A stretch of DNA of 64,000 nt from an uncultured Heliobacteriaceae bacterium (GCA_964468345.1 CAYXVZ010000018.1:28277-92276); one strand, 5' to 3'. Positions 1-8,994 are shown, counted from the first letter of the stretch. Numbers and translations are program-made. The notes: a model not told the origin generated them from the letters alone.

Positions 1-981
1 AAAAAGGCGCAATTCCTGCTGGCGGCATTCGCCATCGGCCTGAGCGCAAACATTCGCGAATTTGCCGTCTTTTACCTGCCCTTCATTCCCATCGCGGCTC
101 TTCTGTTCCGAATGAAATTGCGAATCGGCTTGCTGGCCCTGCTGTTGGCGGTCGCGGCCACGCTGGCCGGCATGGCGTTCTGGGCAAGTTATGATACCGG
201 TAACTACCTTGCCGCCGTAATTACCTGGTATAAGCTCAGCGCACAGGAGCGGAAGTTACATCCGGTTACTCTGGCCAATCTGCGATTTTTCCTGGATTAT
301 TCCTATAATTGCTCGGCCGCAGTTACTGTTTTAACCCCAATGGCTCTTCTCTGGCGCGGGGCGCGACAGCCCCGTTCCGCGCTGTTCTGGCTGGGCGCGA
401 TCGGCCTGTTCGGGGACCTCCTTCTGATCGCCAATCATGATCTTTCGGTCAACCCGCGTTATTTGCTGATCGGTCTTTTCGGGCTTGCTCCCTTGTGCGG
501 ATGGTGCCTGGCAGAATTGCTTTCCCAACAAGGCATCCGCGCGCTCCCCTTGCTGCTGGGCTTGCTCGTCTTAACGAAGGGGACCTATAACCATATGGCT
601 CGGGAGTTATATAATCAGCAGTGGTCCGCCAATGCCGCCCGGAAATACTTACAGAATATTGAATATCTTCCATGGAATTCAGGGTTCATCGTCGGCGCCC
701 GGACGCCCCTTGTTCACTTCCTGACAGGCGTGGGGACCCATCCCTATTGGCGCACCATCTCTCCTGGCGCCGGCTGGCCGCATAACAAACTCGACGAGGA
801 AATTCAGGAATTCTTCGCTGCCGGCCGGCTTGTCTATATAGACTTCGACCCCGAACTCTGGCAGGGCGGCGCAAGAGAGAATAACCAGGAGCTCGATGAT
901 CTGTTAATGGTTAAGCAAAAATACCAGTTAAAACAAATCCATTCGTCTTTTTATCGGGTTCTGCAGCGTCTTCCTGAGTAA
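1..981 (+). CDS. polytopic membrane protein, 5'-truncated by the window edge (function uncertain; possibly a glycosyltransferase-like integral membrane enzyme)
   Basis: Frame 1 is open from nt 1 into the listed ORF 112..981. Product is very hydrophobic, with several predicted TM helices followed by a soluble C-terminal domain. Ends 981. Confidence 0.6.
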   Translation, partial: KKAQFLLAAFAIGLSANIREFAVFYLPFIPIAALLFRMKLRIGLLALLLAVAATLAGMAFWASYDTGNYLAAVITWYKLSAQERKLHPVTLANLRFFLDYSYNCSAAVTVLTPMALLWRGARQPRSALFWLGAIGLFGDLLLIANHDLSVNPRYLLIGLFGLAPLCGWCLAELLSQQGIRALPLLLGLLVLTKGTYNHMARELYNQQWSANAARKYLQNIEYLPWNSGFIVGARTPLVHFLTGVGTHPYWRTISPGAGWPHNKLDEEIQEFFAAGRLVYIDFDPELWQGGARENNQELDDLLMVKQKYQLKQIHSSFYRVLQRLPE

Positions 982-1034
982 CTCATGTTCGAAACCGGAA
1001 CATAAAAACCACAAAAACCCAATAAAAATAGGCT

Positions 1035-1063
1035 TTGTAAATAACCACACGAATGCTATTATT
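1035..1063 (+). promoter_or_regulatory. putative sigma70-like promoter (TTGTAA-17 nt-ATTATT) for the RRM protein gene, implying a ~300-nt 5' UTR
   Basis: Hexamers at 1035-1040 and 1058-1063 in an AT-rich patch of the 390-bp intergenic region. Hexamer match only. Confidence 0.2.
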
Positions 1064-1371
1064 CCGGTTGATGGAAATATCCCACTCTTGAATTGTAATA
1101 CCTGTTTGTGAAGTTTCTACACAAGCTTCTCAAGCTAGGAATGTAGATTCCGAGCGAGATCCAGATTTCCAGCCGTACCTACTCGCTAGCATCAACGGTG
1201 ATACGCCGTCAGGCAGATTCGGCTTGTGCGATCGGTGATTAGAGAGCAGGAAGAGAGTAACCCCTGAAGCAGCTCTGTTCGTTGTCTGATTTGTTTGATC
1301 ACGATGGTGCGCGCCGGAGACCGTTTCCGCCGTCAGTTCGCTCGCTTCTTTTCAGAAGAGGAAAATTACGC

Positions 1372-1767
1372 ATGTCAGTAAGACTATATGTAGGAAATTT
1401 GCCATTCAGTGTTTCCGAAGCAGATTTGGAAGAATTATTTAGTCGTTCCGGACCTGTGGTATCAGCAAGTATCGTAACGGATCGCGATACGGGACGTTCG
1501 CGCGGTTTTGCATTTGTCGAAATGGAATCGCAGGAATCGGCCGATGCAGCGATCCAGAGTTTAAATGGTGCAGATCTTGGGGGGCGTTCATTAACGGTCA
1601 ATGAAGCGCGCCCGAAAGAAAGCCGTGGTGGCGGCGGCGGTGGTGGCCGCGGTGGATTTGGCGGCGGTGGCGGACGTGGTGGTGGATTTGGCGGCGGTGG
1701 TGGACGAGGCGGTGGATTTGGCGGTGGACGTGGCGGTGGCGGCCGAGATCGCGGCAATCGGTATTGA
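1372..1767 (+). CDS. RRM-type RNA-binding protein with glycine/arginine-rich (RGG/GGF) C-terminal tail
   Basis: RNP motifs (LYVGNLPF, RGFAFVEM). Tail is GGGGGRGGFGGGGGRGGGFGG. Start at ATG 1372, preceded by GAGGAAA. The ORF-track start at 1282 lacks an RBS. Confidence 0.9.
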   Translation: MSVRLYVGNLPFSVSEADLEELFSRSGPVVSASIVTDRDTGRSRGFAFVEMESQESADAAIQSLNGADLGGRSLTVNEARPKESRGGGGGGGRGGFGGGGGRGGGFGGGGGRGGGFGGGRGGGGRDRGNRY

Positions 1768-1820
1768 TTTCCAGGGACCCCTGATCCCACACCTGCGGGT
1801 CGCAGATATCAAAGCTTGGA

Positions 1821-1866
1821 GGGATGAAAATCCGAATTCGGATTTTCATCCCTTTTTTCTTTTCCG
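1821..1866 (+). terminator. rho-independent terminator of the RRM gene
   Basis: GGGATGAAAATCCGAA / TTCGGATTTTCATCCC, perfect 16-bp stem, followed by TTTTTTCTTTTCC. Confidence 0.8.
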
Positions 1867-1932
1867 GCAATCGTCTTTGAGAATGGACAAGAGAAGCCAC
1901 AGAGCAGCGGAGCCGCAACCAAAGGAATGAAG

Positions 1933-2006
1933 GGAGAGTACGGAACAAACGAAAAGAACAGAACTGACGAAAGGCCATTTGAACTTTCGTTTGTTCCGTA
2001 CTCTCC
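1933..2006. repeat. long perfect hairpin (22-bp stem GGAGAGTACGGAACAAACGAAA), member of word family B (ACGGAACAAACG)
   Basis: Left arm 1933-1954 is the exact reverse complement of 1985-2006. 30-nt loop. Convergent intergenic region. Confidence 0.8.
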
Positions 2007-2067
2007 CTCGTTCGGCGTGCGGAAATCTTGCCAGAAAACAAGGATTCAGGATTTCGCAAAACAGAGG

Positions 2068-2126
2068 GCGCCACAGATTACAGCGTGGAGGCGGGAGAAT
2101 GCCCCTCACGCTGTAATCTGCGGCGC
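2068..2126. repeat. third consecutive hairpin (20-bp stem GCGCCACAGATTACAGCGTG, 1 mismatch)
   Basis: Arms 2068-2087 and 2107-2126, between the convergent RRM and HTH genes. Confidence 0.7.
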
Positions 2127-2166
2127 CCTCTGTGGCGGATAAAATCTTGATCCAAACAGACCAGCG

Positions 2167-2439
2167 TCAGCGAGGAACGAAGAGTTGGTTGGCCGGGTTC
2201 GACTCGACCAGATCGGATCGCAACGCCTGCCAGAGATCGTTGAAGACAAACTTTTGACCGCTTCGTTCCGAGATAGCCACTCCGATTCGATAACAAGTGT
2301 CGAAATTGGGAACGTCGCCGGCCCCTTTTTCGAGGGCTTCCAAGCCGGACTCCGAGAGACCGACTAAACCGGCAAGTTCGGAAATCGTCAAGCGGGCATC
2401 TTTACGTTTCTGTTCAAGCAATATCCCGAATTTCTTCAT
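2167..2439 (-). CDS. XRE-family helix-turn-helix transcriptional regulator
   Basis: 90 aa with a TISELAGLVGLSESGLEALEKG HTH segment. Strong SD (GGAGGAGG) immediately upstream of the ATG. Confidence 0.8.
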   Translation of the reverse strand: MKKFGILLEQKRKDARLTISELAGLVGLSESGLEALEKGAGDVPNFDTCYRIGVAISERSGQKFVFNDLWQALRSDLVESNPANQLFVPR

Positions 2440-2814
2440 GTCTCCTGCCTCCTCCTACATCGTCCCTAATCCCTTGGACTGAGGATTAACGCCCTTCAGC
2501 AAGCAAGGGTTGGTGAGTTCTCCCTAAACCAACGCACTTCGCCCCCTCGTTTTCCACCGATCCTGGAACCCGGAATGTTGCGCCTAGAACTTATTGCATG
2601 GGGGGCTTAGCTCTGGCGCAGACGTCGATCCTTGTTCACAATTCCATGGCGAATCACATCGCGTCGTGGGGGTCTATCCTGATTGTGTATTTTGGAGTGG
2701 TGTGCAATAACAACCCCAGTCTACCCAAAGGTTAGAAGGCGGTCAACCGGATTAATCTTTAATGGGGACTTATCTTGCCGCAAGAGTGCCGGAGGATTCA
2801 ACACGAGGATGCTT

Positions 2815-3465
2815 ATGGAAGAAATTTCGCAGCAGATCGCAAAGTTGCGCCGCGATTACGGGTCGCAGGAATTGGACGAAAAATCTGTCTTATCCACCCC
2901 CATCGAGCAGTTCAAAACCTGGTTTCAGGAAGCCGTCGATGCCGGGCAAGTCGATGTGGAGGCAATGACGCTCTCGACCGTGAACGAGGAGGGGCGGGTG
3001 TCAAGCCGCGTCGTGCTGCTCAAGGACTGCGATGCGCACGGCTTTGTCTTTTTCACCAATTACAACAGCCGAAAGGCGCGCGAAATGCAGGCCCATGAAA
3101 ATATCGCGCTGACCTTCTATTGGCCCGCGCTCCAGCGCCAGGTTCGAATCGAGGGAAACGTCGGAAAAACCTCGCGCGAAGAATCCGAAGCCTATTTTCA
3201 AACCCGGCCGCGAGGCGCCCAGATCGGCGCATGGGCTTCGCCGCAAAGTGAATCCATCGAGAACCGGCAGGCGCTGGAAGAACAAATCAACGCCATCGAA
3301 GCCCGCTTCCGCGATCAACCCATTCCCTGCCCGCCGTTCTGGGGCGGCTTCCGGCTTGCCCCGGAGCGGATCGAATTCTGGCAAGGGCGCGAAAGCCGCC
3401 TGCACGACCGGATTTTGTATACGCGGGAACAGAACAAATGGAAGATCTCGCGGCTGGCGCCATAA
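2815..3465 (+). CDS. pdxH: pyridoxamine/pyridoxine 5'-phosphate oxidase
   Basis: Full-length similarity to PdxH (FVFFTNYNSRK, LTFYWP, RIEFWQG...HDR). Start chosen at ATG 2815, 6 nt after GAGG, giving 216 aa. The ORF-track start at 2683 is not supported. Confidence 0.92.
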   Translation: MEEISQQIAKLRRDYGSQELDEKSVLSTPIEQFKTWFQEAVDAGQVDVEAMTLSTVNEEGRVSSRVVLLKDCDAHGFVFFTNYNSRKAREMQAHENIALTFYWPALQRQVRIEGNVGKTSREESEAYFQTRPRGAQIGAWASPQSESIENRQALEEQINAIEARFRDQPIPCPPFWGGFRLAPERIEFWQGRESRLHDRILYTREQNKWKISRLAP

Positions 3466-3468
3466 AGG

Positions 3469-3530
3469 AAGTCCCAAGTCCCAAGTCATGAGTTTCTCTT
3501 GCATAGATGACTCAGGACTTGGGACTCGGG
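3469..3530. repeat. word-based hairpin (AAGTCCCAAGTCCCAAGTCAT / ATGACTCAGGACTTGGGACT)
   Basis: Imperfect ~21-bp stem just after the pdxH stop, shared with the convergent downstream gene. Confidence 0.7.
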
Positions 3531-3542
3531 ATTCAGGACGAT

Positions 3543-4493
3543 TTACGCCGGCAACAATCCCTTGATTTCGCGAACGACGCGCTCGACCTCTTCCTGATCG
3601 GCCAGGGCAATCATAAAGAACTTGTAGCCTTCGCTGATGCAGACGACGCCATTGGCGAAGAACCAGACGCCATTGAGGAGCGGATTGCCGCCGAGGATCA
3701 GACTCAAGGGCAGGCTGGTGACGGTTGCGCCGGAAAAAGCGGCGCCGATCATGGAAGCGCCTGCCGCGACGCTGAAAGCTCCGAGGAGCGGCGCGCCCAC
3801 ATATTTGGTCATGTTGCGCTGAAACTCGATTTTGGACCGCTCGGCTTCATCGAGCTTTCCTTCCCGCAGCAACTGTTCCTGCTCTTTTAAATAGTCGTTG
3901 TATTTTTCGGTCAGCTTCCGTAATCCAACCACGGGAAGCGCGCTATGGAAGAGCAGATCGTTGACCATCCCCGCGCCGACGACGTTCAGGCCAAGATCGG
4001 ACAGCGCCGAACCGGCGCGAATTCCGGCGACCATCGACAACGTGACCACGGCTGTCTTGCCCGGATTTTCTTTGATCCATACCCGGGCCTTTTCGTAGCC
4101 GTTTAAAGCGGCATCCGTGACGCGCGCAGCGCCCGCGCCGAAGCTATACGCCTGCTCCGCCCGCCGATAATAGGTTTGGGCTCCGCCGAAGACTTCGCGC
4201 GCCGTTTCCTCGGCGGCGCGGGAAGCATCCTGCAAGCCGGACTCAGCCGCCCGCGCCCCGTCGCGAACCTTCTCTTCGACCTTGGCCGCGCCCTCGCGCA
4301 GGTTGTCCGTGACCTTGTACTCCTCATCGATCCTGGTGAACTGCTCGCGGGCCGCAGTCGCCGCATCATTCACCGTCTTCCCGGCCGTGTTGATTCCCTG
4401 CTCGACCTTGTTTTTCAAATCCAGCTTTTCATCAATATCTTTCGCCGCGCGCCGCGCCGCATCCCGCAACTGGTCAAATATGTTTCCGCTCAT
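3543..4493 (-). CDS. hypothetical protein: N-terminal amphipathic/coiled-coil half, C-terminal glycine-zipper membrane half
   Basis: 316-aa ORF. C-terminal GxxxG/A-rich hydrophobic segments (GAPLLGAFSVAAGASMIGAAFSGA). No recognisable catalytic motif. Confidence 0.6.
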   Translation of the reverse strand: MSGNIFDQLRDAARRAAKDIDEKLDLKNKVEQGINTAGKTVNDAATAAREQFTRIDEEYKVTDNLREGAAKVEEKVRDGARAAESGLQDASRAAEETAREVFGGAQTYYRRAEQAYSFGAGAARVTDAALNGYEKARVWIKENPGKTAVVTLSMVAGIRAGSALSDLGLNVVGAGMVNDLLFHSALPVVGLRKLTEKYNDYLKEQEQLLREGKLDEAERSKIEFQRNMTKYVGAPLLGAFSVAAGASMIGAAFSGATVTSLPLSLILGGNPLLNGVWFFANGVVCISEGYKFFMIALADQEEVERVVREIKGLLPA

Positions 4494-4626
4494 TGTTACT
4501 CCTTTTGAATAGCCACTCGGCCGGTATGATCATAGCGTACGAATTGCCATTCATAGAAGTTCGCCTCCATTTCATTTCCGCCGTCACCGCAAAATTCGAT
4601 TGACAGCCATCCTCTCTCCGCCTACA

Positions 4627-4649
4627 CTTAGTGTACTTGCTACACTAAG
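4627..4649. promoter_or_regulatory. perfect palindrome CTTAGTGTA-N5-TACACTAAG, candidate NrtR operator upstream of pncB
   Basis: 9-bp arms with a 5-bp spacer, 50 bp upstream of the pncB ATG, in the divergent region. The NrtR regulator is encoded 2.7 kb downstream. Confidence 0.35.
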
Positions 4650-4699
4650 AAGGGATAGAGAAGAATAGAGAAACAGAAGGCAGTAGGAAGAGGAAATGC

Positions 4700-6052
4700 A
4701 TGGTGGACCAAGACTATTCGGGGCTGGCGACGGATTTGTATCAACTGACGATGGCGGCCGGCTATTTCGCGAATGATCGAAACGAGCGGGCGAGCTTCGA
4801 GTTGTTTGTGCGGCGTTTGCCGCGGGACCGATCGTATCTGGTCGTGGCGGGGCTGGAGCAGGCGACGCAGTATCTGGCGGGGCTTCGCTTCAGCGCGGAA
4901 GACATCGAGTATTTGCGAAGCCTGCCGATATTCGCGCGCGTGCCGGGAAGTTTCTTCGAGTACCTGCGGGACTTCCGATTCAGCGGAGAAGTCTGGGCGA
5001 TGCCGGAAGGCACGCTGGCCTTTGCGGGGGAGCCGTTTTTGCGCGTTACGGCGCCGCTGATCGAGGCGCAGATCGTGGAAACCTTCCTGCTCTCGACGCT
5101 GAACTTTCAGACGATGATTGCGACAAAGGCTTCGCGGGTTGTGCAGGCGGCGCAGGGGCGCGCGGTCATCGAATTCGGCGCGCGGCGGGCGCATGGATTC
5201 GGCGCGGCAATTCTGGCGGCGCGCGCGGCCTTTATCGGCGGCTGCATCGGGACTTCGAACGTGGAGGCCGGCCGCAAATTCGGGATCCCGATTTTCGGCA
5301 CGACGGCGCATTCATGGACGATGGCCTTCGAGCATGAAATCGATGCCTTTCGCGCCTATCATCGCGTGTTTCCGGAAAGCTCCACGCTCTTGCTCGACAC
5401 CTATGATGTGCTGAATGCCGCGCATCTGGCGACGGAATTCGGCCCGGGTCTGCGCGGCGTGCGGCTGGACAGCGGCGATCTGGTGGAGCAGGCGAAACAG
5501 GTGCGGGAGATTTTGAATGCCGCCGGGATGCAGAACACGCGGATCCTGGCCAGCGGCGATCTGAATGAATTTCGCATTTCGGAATTGCTTGCGGCCGGCG
5601 CTCCAATCGATTCCTTCGGCGTAGGGACCGACCTTTCGACTTCGCGCGATGCGCCCGCGCTCGGCGGCGTCTATAAACTGGTCGAGGTGGAAATGCCGAA
5701 CGGCGTCGAGCCGAAAATGAAGTTGAGCCGCGACAAAGTGACCTATCCCTATCGCAAACAGGTCTGGCGTGAATGCGCGAGCAATGGCGAATTCGCGGGA
5801 GACACGATTACGGCCGTGGTGGAAAGCGATGCGGGCGGCGAGGCATTGCTTACGCCGATTATGCGCGACGGAAAGCTGCTGGCGCCGCCGCCCAAACTGA
5901 TCGACATTCAGGAGCGGACTCGCGCGCAGCTCTCGAAACTCCCGGATTCGTTGAAAACGCTTCATCCCGGCGACGCCTTTCCCGTACGATACAGCCAGGA
6001 ACTCGAACGCAGGCGAATCGAATTGCAGGAACGTATCGATCAAAAAATATAG
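4700..6052 (+). CDS. pncB: nicotinate phosphoribosyltransferase
   Basis: 450 aa. NAPRTase similarity over the full length. RBS GGAAGAGGA before the ATG. Confidence 0.93.
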   Translation: MVDQDYSGLATDLYQLTMAAGYFANDRNERASFELFVRRLPRDRSYLVVAGLEQATQYLAGLRFSAEDIEYLRSLPIFARVPGSFFEYLRDFRFSGEVWAMPEGTLAFAGEPFLRVTAPLIEAQIVETFLLSTLNFQTMIATKASRVVQAAQGRAVIEFGARRAHGFGAAILAARAAFIGGCIGTSNVEAGRKFGIPIFGTTAHSWTMAFEHEIDAFRAYHRVFPESSTLLLDTYDVLNAAHLATEFGPGLRGVRLDSGDLVEQAKQVREILNAAGMQNTRILASGDLNEFRISELLAAGAPIDSFGVGTDLSTSRDAPALGGVYKLVEVEMPNGVEPKMKLSRDKVTYPYRKQVWRECASNGEFAGDTITAVVESDAGGEALLTPIMRDGKLLAPPPKLIDIQERTRAQLSKLPDSLKTLHPGDAFPVRYSQELERRRIELQERIDQKI

Positions 6053-6063
6053 GAAGCGCCCTT

Positions 6064-6615
6064 ATGCAAATCGAAATCCGGCAGGGGGATATCACGGAGC
6101 AACCGGACATGGACGCGATCGTCAACGCGGCGAACACGCATCTGGTCCTGGGTTCCGGCGTAGCGGGAGCAATTCATCGCAAGGGCGGCGATATCATCGA
6201 CCAGGAGGGTCGGAAAAAAGGCCCGATTTGCCTGGGGGAAGCCGCCGTCACGACCGCGGGCGCGCTGCCCAACAGATATGTCATTCACGCCGCGGCGATG
6301 GGATATTCCAGGGAAGATCTCGCGGTGCCGAAAAAACCGGGGACGGGATCGAGCGCCGAGATCATCCGGCAGGCCACCCTGAACAGCCTGCGCCGCGCGC
6401 ATGAACTCGGCTTGCGATCCATCGCCTTCCCCGCCCTGGCAACGGGCGTTGCTCGCTTCCCGGTGGACGAATGCGCTGAAGTAATGATCACCGCCGTCCG
6501 GGAGTTTGCCTTGCAAACACCGGAGAGCCCCGTTCAACACGTCGTCTTTGTGCTCTTCACCTCGGGCGATTTCGCGATCTTCAAACGATTCAATGACCGG
6601 CAGGAGAAGCCATGA
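6064..6615 (+). CDS. macro-domain protein (ADP-ribose / O-acetyl-ADP-ribose processing, YmdB-like)
   Basis: MQIEIRQGDITEQPDMDAIVNAANTHLVLGSGVAGAIHRKGG is the canonical macro-domain N-terminus. Start at ATG 6064; the longer ORF-track start at 5773 is antisense-rich and unsupported. Stop overlaps the pncA start (ATGA). Confidence 0.88.
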   Translation: MQIEIRQGDITEQPDMDAIVNAANTHLVLGSGVAGAIHRKGGDIIDQEGRKKGPICLGEAAVTTAGALPNRYVIHAAAMGYSREDLAVPKKPGTGSSAEIIRQATLNSLRRAHELGLRSIAFPALATGVARFPVDECAEVMITAVREFALQTPESPVQHVVFVLFTSGDFAIFKRFNDRQEKP

Positions 6616-7229
6616 TCTTTTTCGATATCGACACGCAATCGGACTTCATGGATCGCGGCGGCGCACTCTATGTGCCCGATGCCGAAGCGATCAAACCGAA
6701 TCTCGAACGACTCTTGCGGGCCGCCTCCGCGAACGGCATCACGACGATTTCTTCCCGCTGCGCGCATGAACCAGGCGACGCGGAGTTCGAGATTTTTCCG
6801 CCCCACTGCATCGACGGCACGCCGGGCGCGGAACGCGTGTTTGCGAACCTTCCCGCGCTTCCCAGGGTGGAAATCGCGGTCGATGCGGCGGCCGATCCCG
6901 CGGCAACGCTTTCCGATGGGACGCACTACATTGTGAAAAAGAAAGTCTTCGATCTGTTTTCAAATGCGTGGCTCGATGGGCTGCGGCAAAGCGGAAAGTT
7001 TAAAGATGAAACCTGCGTCGTTTTTGGCGTGGCCACCGATTATTGCGTGCGCGCCTGCGCCCTCGGCCTTGCCCGAACGGCGAAACGAACGCTGCTTGTC
7101 GAAGACGCCATCCGCGGCGTCGCAACGGAAACAACCCATACAACGCTGGCAGACATACGCGCCGCGGGCATTGAATTTGTAACAACCAGGGAAGTCTTGA
7201 TAAATCTAGAGACGTCTCGGGAAGTCTAG
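6612..7229 (+). CDS. pncA: nicotinamidase/pyrazinamidase (isochorismatase family)
   Basis: Isochorismatase-fold motifs (FFDIDTQSDF, catalytic Cys in VFGVATDYCV). The last 7 codons are encoded by the following palindromic repeat. Confidence 0.88.
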   Translation: MIFFDIDTQSDFMDRGGALYVPDAEAIKPNLERLLRAASANGITTISSRCAHEPGDAEFEIFPPHCIDGTPGAERVFANLPALPRVEIAVDAAADPAATLSDGTHYIVKKKVFDLFSNAWLDGLRQSGKFKDETCVVFGVATDYCVRACALGLARTAKRTLLVEDAIRGVATETTHTTLADIRAAGIEFVTTREVLINLETSREV

Positions 7230-7372
7230 AGAAGTCTGGAAAAGTCTGGAAAAGTCTGGAAAAGTCTGGAGAATTTCACAAGTTTATCCGTTCAGACTTC
7301 TCTAGACTTCCCGAGACTTCTCCAGACTTCTCTAGACTTCTCCAGACTTTTCTAGACTTCTCTAGACTCAAA
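7207..7372. repeat. large nested palindrome of GAAGTCTRGA words (left arm ~7207-7272, loop, right arm ~7291-7370)
   Basis: Left arm is a tandem (G/A)AAGTCTGGA x5. Right arm is its reverse complement with one extra unit. Overlaps the pncA stop and ends 4 nt before the nrtR ATG. Confidence 0.85.
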
Positions 7373-7373
7373 A

Positions 7374-8039
7374 ATGGAGAAACCCCAACCCATGACCCGT
7401 TTGGAAGATTATCCTCGCCCCTCAGTCACGGTCGATCTCGTGATTTTCACGATTGCGGAAGATGACCTGAAAGTGCTTTTGATCCGGCGAGGGCTGGAAC
7501 CCTATAAGGATCGGTGGGCCCTGCCCGGTGGCTTTGTCAACATCGATGAATCGCTGGAATCGGCCGCGGCGCGCGAGCTGGAAGAAGAGGTCGGCGTAAC
7601 GGATGTGTATCTCGAACAGCTCTACACCTTCGGCGATCCGGGCCGCGATCCGCGCGGCCGCGTGATCAGCGTCGCGTATTTCGCGCTGGTCGACGCAGAC
7701 CGCCAGCGCATTGCCGCGGCGTCGGATGCCGCCGATGCCAAATGGCAATCGGTCTTTCATCCGCCCCGGCTGGCCTTCGATCACAAGAAGATTCTGGAAT
7801 ACGCCGTCTGGCGGCTGCGGAATAAAATCGAATGGACGACGGTTGGTTATGAATTGCTCCCGAAAAAATTCACGCTCTCCGAACTGCAACGCGTGTATGA
7901 AATCATTCTGCAGAAGCCGGTCGACAAGCGAAACTTTCGAAAGAAGATCCTGGCGCAGGAACAAATCCGCGAGTTGAACGAGACCCGCAACGACGTCGCG
8001 CACCGGCCGGCGCGGTTATATTCTTTTCGGGATAAGTAA
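7374..8039 (+). CDS. nrtR: NrtR, Nudix-related transcriptional regulator of NAD metabolism (Nudix domain plus C-terminal winged-helix domain)
   Basis: N-terminal Nudix box (GGFVNIDESLESAAARELEEEVG). C-terminal ~90-aa wHTH-like domain. Sits directly downstream of pncB and pncA. Confidence 0.85.
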   Translation: MEKPQPMTRLEDYPRPSVTVDLVIFTIAEDDLKVLLIRRGLEPYKDRWALPGGFVNIDESLESAAARELEEEVGVTDVYLEQLYTFGDPGRDPRGRVISVAYFALVDADRQRIAAASDAADAKWQSVFHPPRLAFDHKKILEYAVWRLRNKIEWTTVGYELLPKKFTLSELQRVYEIILQKPVDKRNFRKKILAQEQIRELNETRNDVAHRPARLYSFRDK

Positions 8040-8057
8040 AAACTGCCAAGAGTACGA

Positions 8058-8141
8058 GAGTACGGAACAAAGGGAAATAAAGGAGCAAACGGATTCAGCC
8101 TAAAACATCCGTTTGCTCCTTTATTTCCCTTTGTTCCGTAC
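8058..8141. repeat. 35-bp-stem hairpin, word family B (AGTACGGAACAAAGGGAAATAAAGGAGCAAACGGA)
   Basis: Arms 8058-8092 and 8107-8141, between the convergent nrtR and uppP. Confidence 0.8.
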
Positions 8142-8147
8142 TGTCTC

Positions 8148-8993
8148 TTACAGACCTTTAAATGCCACAACCAAAAGCACGATGCCGGCGATCAGGCGAT
8201 AGACGATAAAGATTTTTGTGGTGTTATGCCGCAGGTAATTCAGAAGGAAGGCGATGCTGGCATAGCCGACGACGCCGGCCACGACCGTGGAGACAGCCAG
8301 ATTGACCATGCTGGTGCCGCCGAGCAGTTCGAGCGCTTCTTTGAGTTCCAACAAGCCGCTTCCGCCGATGGCCGGGATGGAAAGCAGAAAGGAAAAGCGC
8401 GCGGCGCTTTCGCGCGTCAAGCCTGCAAAGAGCGCGGCGGTGATCGTCGTGCCCGAGCGGGAAGAACCGGGGATCAGCGCGAAGACCTGCGTGCCGCCGA
8501 TAATCAGGGCTTCGCGAATGCCGATATGCTCCATTTCGAGCCGGCGCTTGCCGACGAGTTCCGCCACCCATAGCAGAATCGCCCAGACAATCACGCTGAT
8601 GCCGATGACCAGAATGCTTTTCGTGAAGGCGCCCTCGATAATTTTCTTTGCCAGCAGGCCCACGACCACGATCGGCAAGGTGCCGAGAATGATCATCCAG
8701 CCGAGCTGCGCGCCTTTGATGGACCTCGGATCGCGCTCTCCCTTCAACCACAGCAGGTTTCCATGCAGAAAGCCGATCGTGATGCTGACGATATCGCTGA
8801 AGAAATAAATGATGACAGCCGCCAGCGTGCCGAGTTGCATGACGCCGTCAAAAGCCGTGATCTGTTCCGGCGTCATGGTCGATTCGAGCCCCATGATCTT
8901 TTTGGCGATGATCAAATGCCCGCTGCTGCTGACGGGAATGAATTCGGTCAGTCCCTGGACGATGCCGAGAATAATTGCCTGGATGAGATTCAT
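8148..8993 (-). CDS. uppP: undecaprenyl-diphosphate phosphatase (BacA/UppP)
   Basis: Conserved GxxEFLPVSSSGHL N-terminus (TEFIPVSSSGHL). Start set at Met 8993 (MNLIQAI). The 24 codons upstream in the ORF track are encoded by the (GGCGAGT)n repeat and are rejected. Confidence 0.88.
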   Translation of the reverse strand: MNLIQAIILGIVQGLTEFIPVSSSGHLIIAKKIMGLESTMTPEQITAFDGVMQLGTLAAVIIYFFSDIVSITIGFLHGNLLWLKGERDPRSIKGAQLGWMIILGTLPIVVVGLLAKKIIEGAFTKSILVIGISVIVWAILLWVAELVGKRRLEMEHIGIREALIIGGTQVFALIPGSSRSGTTITAALFAGLTRESAARFSFLLSIPAIGGSGLLELKEALELLGGTSMVNLAVSTVVAGVVGYASIAFLLNYLRHNTTKIFIVYRLIAGIVLLVVAFKGL

Positions 8994-8994
8994 A

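Noticed and set aside
2167-2439. XRE HTH gene as the antitoxin of a toxin-antitoxin pair
   Set aside because: No small partner ORF upstream or downstream. The flanks are hairpin repeats and the pdxH promoter region.
5773-6063. 5' extension of the macro-domain ORF (start 5773)
   Set aside because: Overlaps the pncB 3' end out of frame. The conserved macro-domain N-terminus starts at Met 6064, 11 nt after the pncB stop.
7207-7372. Considered as a CRISPR array (regular ~10-bp spacing of GAAGTCTGGA); likewise the (GGGGCGA)7 run at 44693
   Set aside because: Units are 7-10 bp with no unique spacers, they are mirrored by a reverse-complement arm, and no cas genes are present. These are microsatellite palindromes, not CRISPR.
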